From contig JAWLFD010000001.1 of the NCBI GenBank assembly GCA_041685745.1, positions 1 through 37,615 of the forward strand: a stretch of 37,615 nucleotides of DNA, in the 5' to 3' direction. Position numbers and translations under genes: made by a program. Origin of the DNA: Wenzhouxiangella sp. (GTDB lineage Bacteria; Pseudomonadota; Gammaproteobacteria; Xanthomonadales; Wenzhouxiangellaceae). The notes beneath the pieces were generated by a model that had not been told where the DNA came from, ran no database searches, and saw only the letters and a list, made by a program, of their open reading frames with translations. This document shows positions 17,940 to 25,997 of the stretch, piece by piece. The first letter of the stretch is position 1. Every line of letters starts with the position of its first letter.

Positions 17940-18841
17940 AAACCGGATCGATCAAAGTCGGCCTGCTGACGATGCTGGCCCGCGTCCTTGGCTGGCTGCC
18001 GCTGCGGGTGGGTCATGCAGCCGCCGTGCCCCTGGCCTGGTTGCTGGGACGGCTGCCCTGGAACAAGCACGGCGTGGTTCAGCGCAACCTCTCGGTCTGC
18101 TTCCCGGAAAAGTCGGCCGCGCAACAGCACAGGCTGGCGCAGCTGCATCGGGTGGAATTGATGCGTCTGGCATCCGAACTGGGTGCCCTGACCGGCTGGT
18201 CCGGCGCGCGCCTGACGCGGCATCTGCCGATGGTGGAGGGCTGGCAGCACGTGCAGGCGGCCCTGGACAAGGGCTGCGGCGTGCTGATGGTCAGCGGACA
18301 CCTGGGCAACTGGGAAATCCTGAACCTGGAGCTGTCGCGACGCATCGACATGGTCACGCTGTACCGCGCCCCGGACGATCCTGCGCTGGACCGGTTCATC
18401 AGCGCCGCGCGGTCACGGTTCGGCGGCCGGGTCGTGGCCAGCGGCAGCGCCGCCATGCGCCTGATGCTGCGCCAGCTTCGCGCCGGCGGAGCGGTCGGCA
18501 TCGCCGCCGACATCCAGCCCAAGCGCGGCGACGGCGTGTTCGTCCCGTTTTTCGGCCTGCCCGCGCTGACCATGACGCTGGTCAATCGGCTGGCAAGAAA
18601 GACCGGCTGCGCGGTGATCTTTTGTCGCGCCCTGCGCCTGCCCCGCGGCCGAGGATGGTCGTTGCACTTCGAGCCCGCGCCCCCCGCGATCTCGGGTCCA
18701 GAGCCGGTAGAGGCACTACAACCGATGAATGAATGGCTGGAAGCGAGCATCCGGGCCGAGCCGGCCCAGTACCTGTGGATCTACAAGCGCTTCAGCCGCC
18801 GGCCGGGCGGCAAGGGCACGCGCTTCTACCCGAAGACCTGA
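17936..18841 (+). CDS. Lipid A late acyltransferase (LpxL/HtrB-like) paralogue 2
   Basis: GTGA overlap with paralogue 1; HLGNWE, PFFG, PAQYLWIYKRF. Confidence 0.88.
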   Translation: MKTGSIKVGLLTMLARVLGWLPLRVGHAAAVPLAWLLGRLPWNKHGVVQRNLSVCFPEKSAAQQHRLAQLHRVELMRLASELGALTGWSGARLTRHLPMVEGWQHVQAALDKGCGVLMVSGHLGNWEILNLELSRRIDMVTLYRAPDDPALDRFISAARSRFGGRVVASGSAAMRLMLRQLRAGGAVGIAADIQPKRGDGVFVPFFGLPALTMTLVNRLARKTGCAVIFCRALRLPRGRGWSLHFEPAPPAISGPEPVEALQPMNEWLEASIRAEPAQYLWIYKRFSRRPGGKGTRFYPKT

Positions 18842-21316
18842 TCAGGTCGAGTCGGCTGCCGGTTCCTTCCAGGCCAGCAGCATGCGCGCAAGCGCAGGCA
18901 GGAGAAGCATGGCGCCGACCATGTTGAAGATGAACATGAAGGCCAGCAGCACGCCCATGTCGGCCTGGAACTGCAGGGCCGAGAACAGCCAGGTACCGAC
19001 ACCGACCGCCAGCGTGATGGCGGTGAAGAACACCGCCTTGCCGGTCAGACGCAGGGTGCGCAGATAAGCCTCGTCGAGGTCGTAGCCATCCTGCATGAAC
19101 GCGCGCATGCGGCTGAAGATGTAGATGCCGTAGTCCACGCCGATACCCACCCCCAGGGCAACCACCGGGAGGGTATTGACCTTCAGGCCGATACCCATGT
19201 AGGCCATCAGCGCATAGGCCATGTAGCTGACCAGGACCAGGGGCAAAACAATACAGGCGGTGCCCAGCACGGTGCGGAACGTGAGCAGACACAGAATGAT
19301 GATGGCCGAGTAGACGTACAGCAGCATCGGCAGCTGGGCGGCTTCGACTTCCTCGTTGGTCGCGGCCATGACGCCGACGTTGCCGGTGGCCAGGCGGAAG
19401 CGCAGGCATTCCTCGCACGGCTCGCCGTCCTGCATGACCAGGTCATCCATGACATCCCCGGCCGGATGGAAATCCAGCTGTTCAACGAAGATCTCTTCGC
19501 GCAGTTCACGCACCGCCCGCACCACCCGAATGATCGTTTCGGCCTTGTGGTCGGTGGTGAACAGCATGATCGGCATGGCGCTGCAGTCTTCATTGAGCAG
19601 CCCGGTCGAGGTCTCGATGTTCTGGAGGTTCTGGCGCATGATGAAGGCGTTGCGCGGCAGCACTTTCCAGCGCAGGTTGCCCTCGTTCCAGCCGGCGTTG
19701 ACCGTCTTGGCCACCATCGGCAGGGAGACCACCTGCTGAACGCCCTCGACGTTGGCCATGCGCCAGGAAAAGCGATCGATGGCCTCCATCACCGCGTGCG
19801 ATTCCGTGCACGCGCCCGGGATGGTTTCGGCGATGATGGAAATCAGGTCGGTACCCAGCGCAAATCGCTCGGCGATCAATTCGGCGTCCTGGTTGTAGCG
19901 AGCCTCTGGCCGCAGCTCGGGAACCCCGGGCTGCGAGTCGCCGATCTGCATGTCCTGGCTCTTGATCCAGGCAAACGCGAACAGGCCGGCACCGACAAGC
20001 ACCGCAATGGTCGCCACGCGGGGTCGGGTGAAACTGGCGATCATGAGCCAGATCACCCCGGTCTTGCGTCCGTTCTCGTACTGGCGTTCGCGGAAGGCTT
20101 CGGGGTTGCGAAGCCGGATGTAGGACAACAGGATCGGCAGCAGCACCAGGTTGGTGAAAATGATGACGGCAACGCCGATGCTGGCCGTAATCGCCAGTTC
20201 CTGGATGATGCGGATATTGATCAACAGAATGGTCAGGAAGCCGATGGTATCGCTGATCAGCGCAATCGACCCCGGCGCCAGCAATCGGGAGAAGGTGCGC
20301 TTGGCCGCTTCGAGACTCGAGATGACCTTGATGTCGTCCAGCCGGTGCCCGTCCTGAGCCAGACCGACCGGCGAATTGCCGCCGAAAAGCTTTTCGGCAT
20401 TCCAGCCGGAGATCATCTGGACACCGTGGCTGACCCCGATGGCGAAGACCAGGAAGGGGGTGAGGATATTCATCGGGTCGATGCCGAAACCCAGCAGGCT
20501 CAACAGACCCAGTTGCCAGATTACCGCCGTGACCGAGCAGACCAGCGGCAGGACCGTCAGCCAGACCGAACGCGAATAGAGAAACAGCAACAGGGCGGTG
20601 ATGACGAAAGCCACGCCGAAATAGACCACGACTCCGCGTGCGCCATCGGCAATGTCGCCGACAATCTTGGCAAAACCGATGATGTGGACGGTATAGCCTT
20701 CTCCCTCGAAGTCGGTGCGAATCTGCTCGAGCTGCCCGGCGACGTCCTGATAATCCAGCGACTCACCGCCGGCCGCGCCCTGCTCGAGAAGGTTGGCCGA
20801 GACCAGGGCGCCGGAGAAATCCTCGGCCACCAGGCGACCCACCTCGCCGGAAGCCACGATGTTGGAGCGCACGCGTTCGAAAGCGTCGGGCGACGGCGAG
20901 AAATCGGCCGGGATGACGTTGCCGCCGGCAAAGCCGTCCTCGACGATCTCCACGAAGCGGACGTTCGGGGTGAAGATCGAGCGCACGCTGGCTCGATCGA
21001 CGCCGGGGATGAAAAATACCCGGTTGCTGATTTCCTCGAAGCGCTCGAAGAATTCGTCGGTGAACATGTCACCGTCTTCGGCCATGAGCGCGACCATGAT
21101 CCGGTTGGCGCCACCGAACTCGCGTTCATACTCCATGAACGTCTGCATGTATTCATGCTCGAGCGGCAACTGCTTGAGAAATCCGGCGTCAACTCGCAGC
21201 TGCGTCAGAAAGAACAGCATCATCGCGGTGCCGACAACGAAGATCAGCAGGACCAGCGGTCGGACCCGAAAGACCGCGTCGGCTGCCCGGCGGCTGAACC
21301 GGCTCGACTCACTCAT
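18842..21316 (-). CDS. MMPL/RND-superfamily inner-membrane transporter (DUF1302/DUF1329-associated type)
   Basis: Two repeats of TM, periplasmic domain, then about 5 TMs; GIGVDYGIY motif; 824 aa; overlaps the YCF48-like gene. Confidence 0.9.
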   Translation of the reverse strand: MSESSRFSRRAADAVFRVRPLVLLIFVVGTAMMLFFLTQLRVDAGFLKQLPLEHEYMQTFMEYEREFGGANRIMVALMAEDGDMFTDEFFERFEEISNRVFFIPGVDRASVRSIFTPNVRFVEIVEDGFAGGNVIPADFSPSPDAFERVRSNIVASGEVGRLVAEDFSGALVSANLLEQGAAGGESLDYQDVAGQLEQIRTDFEGEGYTVHIIGFAKIVGDIADGARGVVVYFGVAFVITALLLFLYSRSVWLTVLPLVCSVTAVIWQLGLLSLLGFGIDPMNILTPFLVFAIGVSHGVQMISGWNAEKLFGGNSPVGLAQDGHRLDDIKVISSLEAAKRTFSRLLAPGSIALISDTIGFLTILLINIRIIQELAITASIGVAVIIFTNLVLLPILLSYIRLRNPEAFRERQYENGRKTGVIWLMIASFTRPRVATIAVLVGAGLFAFAWIKSQDMQIGDSQPGVPELRPEARYNQDAELIAERFALGTDLISIIAETIPGACTESHAVMEAIDRFSWRMANVEGVQQVVSLPMVAKTVNAGWNEGNLRWKVLPRNAFIMRQNLQNIETSTGLLNEDCSAMPIMLFTTDHKAETIIRVVRAVRELREEIFVEQLDFHPAGDVMDDLVMQDGEPCEECLRFRLATGNVGVMAATNEEVEAAQLPMLLYVYSAIIILCLLTFRTVLGTACIVLPLVLVSYMAYALMAYMGIGLKVNTLPVVALGVGIGVDYGIYIFSRMRAFMQDGYDLDEAYLRTLRLTGKAVFFTAITLAVGVGTWLFSALQFQADMGVLLAFMFIFNMVGAMLLLPALARMLLAWKEPAADST

Positions 21317-22400
21317 GGCTCAGTCCGTCCGCACCCGCCAATACCAGCGTGCCGTTCGGCGCAATGAGCACCGATACATAGTCACTGCCCAGGCGGTCTT
21401 CGTCGAGATCGAAGCGCCCGTCTTCGGGTTCGTAGTGCAGGCGGGCAGCACCTGATCCGACCATCAGCGGACGACCCTGAGGATCGATCGTTCCGCCCAT
21501 GAGGGTCGATTCCAGTCCGGTCTCCAGTACCGTCCAGCTGTCGCCGAAGTCATCGCTGCGCTGAACGTGGCCGCGCAGACCGTAGGCCAGCACGGTGTCG
21601 CCTCCCAGATGGAGCAGGCCAAACATCGACCCGGAATAGGGAAAGCGGAAACTCTCCCAGGTCTGCCCGCCGTCGACCGTGCGGAAACCGTAGCCGCGCT
21701 CGGCCGCGATCATCTGGCGGCCCTGGCCAAGATCAAGGAACGCGTTGAGATGGCACTCCATGAACTCGTAGCATCCGCGGTCGAAATCCATGCTGGCGTC
21801 GTAGTATTCGTCGTCTTCCAGGCCTTCATCGACCGGATCACCCTCATCGGCCTGCTCCTCGAGCGCGGCCCGGGCAGCGGCCTCCCAATCGATCGCCTCA
21901 TTGGTGACCATGTCGGCCATGTCCAGGATCTCCCAGTGGCGCCCGGCATCCTCGGTGCGCATGAACAGTCCGTAAGCACCAACGGCGATACCGTTGTCAC
22001 CGTCGAAAAAGTGCACGTCCAGCAGCGGCTGTTCCCAGTCCGGCTCGAAATGCTGCAGGGTCCAGGTCTGGCCGAAATCGTAGCTGTGAATGATGGTACT
22101 GTCGTGACCCACGGCCCAGAGACGCTCATCGGCATAGGCCACGCGGGTCAGGGCTGCCTGAACCGGCACAAACTCCGCCTGGGTCCAGTTGCGACCATCC
22201 TCGGAAAACAGGACATGACCGCGCTCACCCACCGCGACCAGGTTGCGGGGCGTCTGGATGACGTGCAGGATGAGACTCTCCGATGCCAGCGGCGCGTGGA
22301 CCGCCGGACGCGGCAGTTCATGCGGCGGCGCGGCCGCCAGCGGCGCGACCAGCAACAAGACCAGGACAATCGCCTGACACATGCAGACGCGCGCGCTCAT
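21309..22400 (-). CDS. YCF48-related / BNR-repeat beta-propeller periplasmic protein
   Basis: Signal peptide; Asp-box repeats SEDGRNW, SYDFGQTW, TEDAGRHW, TVDGGQTW, SDDFGDSW; AVGERG. Confidence 0.88.
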   Translation of the reverse strand: MSARVCMCQAIVLVLLLVAPLAAAPPHELPRPAVHAPLASESLILHVIQTPRNLVAVGERGHVLFSEDGRNWTQAEFVPVQAALTRVAYADERLWAVGHDSTIIHSYDFGQTWTLQHFEPDWEQPLLDVHFFDGDNGIAVGAYGLFMRTEDAGRHWEILDMADMVTNEAIDWEAAARAALEEQADEGDPVDEGLEDDEYYDASMDFDRGCYEFMECHLNAFLDLGQGRQMIAAERGYGFRTVDGGQTWESFRFPYSGSMFGLLHLGGDTVLAYGLRGHVQRSDDFGDSWTVLETGLESTLMGGTIDPQGRPLMVGSGAARLHYEPEDGRFDLDEDRLGSDYVSVLIAPNGTLVLAGADGLSHE

Positions 22401-22490
22401 GCTCGGCCGTGGATCGTACCGATCGGCAATCCAGGAACGGAGCCGGCGACCGGCATCCGTCCCGCCCGTAGCGGAGCCTTTGCTTCCAAC

Positions 22491-23930
22491 TCAGCGCCGT
22501 CCGCGAACACGCAGCGCCTGCGGCGTGTAGTCACTGGCGCTCAGGTCCTCATCGAAGGTCATGACCGGATCCTGGTTGTCGATGCCGTTGGCGATATAGC
22601 GGCCCGACTGCAGATCCATGGTCGACTCGATCGTCACCCACAGCGTCGGGACGTCGTAGTAGTTGATCGAGTGGGCTTCGGACAGACGCCACATGTTGCC
22701 GCGCTGGTCATAGTGATCGATGATCGCGATCTGGTAGCTGTCGGCATCCAGGTACATGGTCCGGCGGGAATTGATGTGCCGGGTTCCTTCGCGCAGATTG
22801 GCCTCGACGATCCAGACCCGATGCAGTTCGTAGCGCATGTGCTCCGGGTTGAGATGTCCCGGGGTGACCAGATCGTCAGGCTCCAGCTCATCGCTGTGGG
22901 CCTGGTAGGAGTTGTAGGGAATGAACATCTCGCGCTGATCGACGATCTCCCAGGTAAACCGATCCATGGCGCCGTTGAACATGTCGGTCATGTCGTTGGT
23001 TCGCAAGCCGTCGGAGGCCGTGCCCGGGTTGTCGTAGGCGACGTTGGGGGCGCGCCGGACGCGCCGCTGGCCGGGATTGTAGATCCAGGCCTGGCGCGGC
23101 TGCTCGATCTGGTTGAGCGATTCGTGAACCAGCAGGATGTTGCCGGCCAGGCGCGCCGGTGATTCAACCTCCTGGAAGAAGTACAGCAGGATGTTGTTGG
23201 TGTCGGCAATCGTATTGCCTTCGACGTAGTACAGACCCAGGAACTCCTCGCGCAGGCGAATCAGCTGGTAGCTGCCGCGCGCGGTCGGGACCACCTGGTT
23301 GAAATAGCGCCGACCACCCGTGCCCTTGTATTTCATCTTGTGGTTCCAGACCAGCTCGTAGGCATTCTGCGGCAGCGGAAACGGCAGGCCCTCGGCGACG
23401 TTGACCACGCCCTCTCCCCCGGCCACCAGTTGTCCGGTCGAGGCATTGCTTCGGGTGGCCTCGTAAATGCGCTCGGGGAAGGAAGCCGAACGCCGGCTGG
23501 GGTAGATCTTCATCCGGAAGGTCTCCGGATAGCGTTCGAACGCCGCCTTGTGCCCGGCCGAGAGCTGGTCGGCATAGTCCTGGTAGTTCTCGGCGGTGAT
23601 CACGAACAGCGGCTCGTCGTCCGCGTAAGGATCCGGATGGCGGTCGCCGGGCTCGTAGCCGGCCGGCCAGTCATCGCGGCCCAGTCCACCGGTCCACTCG
23701 GGAATGGTGCCGTCGGCATTGCCGGCGCGCAACGAGCCCATCGGCGTGAGGTCCTGGCCGAGACGGGCGATGTTGGCCTCGGTCGCGGGAATGATGTAGT
23801 CGCCTTGTTCATCGGGCACGCCGCCGGTCTGCGCGCTCGCCGAGATCGACAGGGTGAGGACAACGGCAGCCATGGCGCCTTGCCGCGCGGCCTTTCGGCA
23901 GAAGTGGTTGTTCTGCAGTGTCTGCTTCAT
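22491..23930 (-). CDS. DUF1329 family periplasmic protein (soluble copy)
   Basis: GGAG RBS, signal peptide ending ASA-Q; LTPMG..RAGNADGTIPEWTGG, RQAWIYNPGQRRVRRAP, RYELHRVW motifs. Confidence 0.88.
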   Translation of the reverse strand: MKQTLQNNHFCRKAARQGAMAAVVLTLSISASAQTGGVPDEQGDYIIPATEANIARLGQDLTPMGSLRAGNADGTIPEWTGGLGRDDWPAGYEPGDRHPDPYADDEPLFVITAENYQDYADQLSAGHKAAFERYPETFRMKIYPSRRSASFPERIYEATRSNASTGQLVAGGEGVVNVAEGLPFPLPQNAYELVWNHKMKYKGTGGRRYFNQVVPTARGSYQLIRLREEFLGLYYVEGNTIADTNNILLYFFQEVESPARLAGNILLVHESLNQIEQPRQAWIYNPGQRRVRRAPNVAYDNPGTASDGLRTNDMTDMFNGAMDRFTWEIVDQREMFIPYNSYQAHSDELEPDDLVTPGHLNPEHMRYELHRVWIVEANLREGTRHINSRRTMYLDADSYQIAIIDHYDQRGNMWRLSEAHSINYYDVPTLWVTIESTMDLQSGRYIANGIDNQDPVMTFDEDLSASDYTPQALRVRGRR

Positions 23931-24024
23931 GAGTTTTTCGACTCCAGTCTGTTGGAACGGTGCGCTTGACCGTCCGGACAATGGTGTTGGGTCAGCGTAT
24001 CAGCCGACCACGCACGATTTGAAT

Positions 24025-25980
24025 TCATCGACGTCCCCGGGTTCTCAGCGCCTGGGGCGTGTAACTACTCGGACTCAGCGGCACATCGAAGGTATTGACC
24101 GGATCCTGATTGTCCAGCCCGTTGGCGATATAGCGTCCGGACTGCAGATCCATGTGTACTTCGATGGACGACCAGTAGGTCGGTACATCGTAGTAATTGA
24201 TCGCATGCGACTCCGAAGCGCGCCAGAGTTGCCCGCGACCATCGTAATGGTCGATCAGGACGATCTGGTAGCTGTCCTCGTCGAGATAAAAGGTGCGGCG
24301 CGAGTTGATATGGCGAAATTCCGGCCGCAGTTCGGCTTCGATCACCCAGACGCGGTGCAGTTCGTAACGCGTGTAGTCCGGGTTGAGATGACCGGGCATC
24401 ACCAGGTCGTCGGGCGTGACGTCCCCACTGTGGATCCGGTAGGCATTGTAGGGAACGTACATTTCCCGCTTGCCGGCGATGCGCCAGGTGAACCGGTCCA
24501 TGGCGCCGTTGAACATGTCGGTCATGTCGTTGGTACGCAAGCCGTCGGAAGCGGTGCCGGGGTTGTCGTAGGCCACGTTCGGCGCCCGGCGGACGCGGCG
24601 CTGCCCGGGGTTGTAGATCCAGGCCTGGCGCGGTTGCTCGAGCTGGTTCAGGGTTTCATGCACGAGCAGGATGTTGCCCGCCAGCCGGGCCGGTGATTCC
24701 ACTTCCTGGAAAAAATACAGCAGGATGTTGTTGGTGTCTTCAATGGTATTGCCCTCGATGTAGTACAAGCCCAGCAACTCTTCGCGCAGGCGCACCAACT
24801 GATAGCTGCCGCTGGCGGTCGGCGCAACCTGGTTGTTGTAGCGGGTACCGCCGGTACCCTTGTGCTTGAGCTTGTGGTTCCACATCAACTCATAGGCGTC
24901 CTGGGGCAGCGGGAATGGAAAGCCCTCGGCGACATCGGCCACACCTTCACCGTCGGCAATCAACCGACCGGTCGTCGCATTCTCGATGCTGGCCTCGTAG
25001 ACGAATTCCGGAAAAGACGCGCTGCGCCGTGTCGGGTAGACCGCCATCCGATAGGTATCCGGATACCGCTCGAAGGTGGCCACCTGGCCGACGGACAGGC
25101 GATCGCGGTACTGCTGGTAGTTCTGCCCGGTGATCACGTACAGCGGCTCGTCATCGGCAAACGGATCGAGATGGCGGTCTCCCGGCTGGTAGCCGGCCGG
25201 CCAGTCTTCGCGACCCAGACCACCCTCCCAGGGCGGTATCCGACCGTCGGCACTGCCGGCCCGGATGGAACCCATGGGGGTCAGGTCGTCGCCAAGCCGG
25301 GCAATGTTCTGCGGCGTCCGGGCAATAATCACATCCTCATCCAGCGTCGCAGGCGAGGCTTCAGCCTCCGCTTCCGATGCCGTCTGGACCGCCGCCAGCT
25401 GCTCCTCGCGCAGGCGCTCGGCCTCCAGTCGCTCGGCCTCGGCTTCTTCAGCGGCCAGGCGTTCGGCCTCGGCCCGCTCGGCTGCCAGACGCTCGGCCAG
25501 CGCCTGCTCCTCGGCCAGACGCTCGGCTTCCACCCGCTGGGCCTCGGCCTCGGCAGCTCGCGCGGCCGCTTCGCGCTCTTCGGCCAGGCGCGCCTGCTCG
25601 GCCTCTTCAGCAGCCAGGCCCTCCGCCTCTTCGGCGGCTTCCCGAGCCGCCTCTTCGGCCGCCAGCCGTTCCGCTTCGGCCTCGGCGACTGCCTGCCGGG
25701 CTGCTTCCTCTGCCGCCCGCCGCTCAGCCTCGGCCTCTTCTCGCGCTGCCGCCTGCGCAGCCAAACGCTGCTCTTCGGCGTCGCGTTCGGACCGCTCGGC
25801 GGCTTGCCGTTCGGCCTCGGCCTGTTCTTCGGCCTCGCGCGTCGCACTCGCTGCTTCCGCCGACGCCCCGGTCTGATTGCCGTCCGGCCCGCCCGTTTCC
25901 GGCGGGACCGCACAGGCGGTGAAAACCAGCCCGAAGGCGACCAGAACCGCGACCCGCAGCGGGCTCAAGATAATGCTCAT
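24025..25980 (-). CDS. DUF1329 family lipoprotein with long N-terminal Ala/Glu/Arg helical stalk
   Basis: Hydrophobic signal ending in lipobox FTA-C; ~170-aa low-complexity helix; C-terminal ~435 aa highly similar to the adjacent DUF1329. Confidence 0.85.
   Translation of the reverse strand: MSIILSPLRVAVLVAFGLVFTACAVPPETGGPDGNQTGASAEAASATREAEEQAEAERQAAERSERDAEEQRLAAQAAAREEAEAERRAAEEAARQAVAEAEAERLAAEEAAREAAEEAEGLAAEEAEQARLAEEREAAARAAEAEAQRVEAERLAEEQALAERLAAERAEAERLAAEEAEAERLEAERLREEQLAAVQTASEAEAEASPATLDEDVIIARTPQNIARLGDDLTPMGSIRAGSADGRIPPWEGGLGREDWPAGYQPGDRHLDPFADDEPLYVITGQNYQQYRDRLSVGQVATFERYPDTYRMAVYPTRRSASFPEFVYEASIENATTGRLIADGEGVADVAEGFPFPLPQDAYELMWNHKLKHKGTGGTRYNNQVAPTASGSYQLVRLREELLGLYYIEGNTIEDTNNILLYFFQEVESPARLAGNILLVHETLNQLEQPRQAWIYNPGQRRVRRAPNVAYDNPGTASDGLRTNDMTDMFNGAMDRFTWRIAGKREMYVPYNAYRIHSGDVTPDDLVMPGHLNPDYTRYELHRVWVIEAELRPEFRHINSRRTFYLDEDSYQIVLIDHYDGRGQLWRASESHAINYYDVPTYWSSIEVHMDLQSGRYIANGLDNQDPVNTFDVPLSPSSYTPQALRTRGRR
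25357..25863 (-). repeat. Low-complexity coding repeat of degenerate AEAERLAAEE units
   Basis: 169 codons almost entirely A/E/R/Q/L, no Pro and one Gly; recurring GCCGAG/GAACGC/CTGGCC words. Confidence 0.85.
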
Positions 25981-25997
25981 CCCTTGCGCGCCCACGA

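Noticed and set aside
20417-20443. Peptide AIGVSHGVQ in the MMPL nearly matches AIGVSHLVQ (30245-30271) in the permease
   Set aside because: Different folds and different codons; most likely coincidence between two hydrophobic TM motifs
25265-25922. Ser/Ala/Arg- and Pro/Arg-rich ORFs and apparent DNA repeats over the stalk region; considered as CRISPR or VNTR
   Set aside because: Alternative frames of the A/E/R coding repeat; no fixed-length repeat-spacer structure and no cas genes
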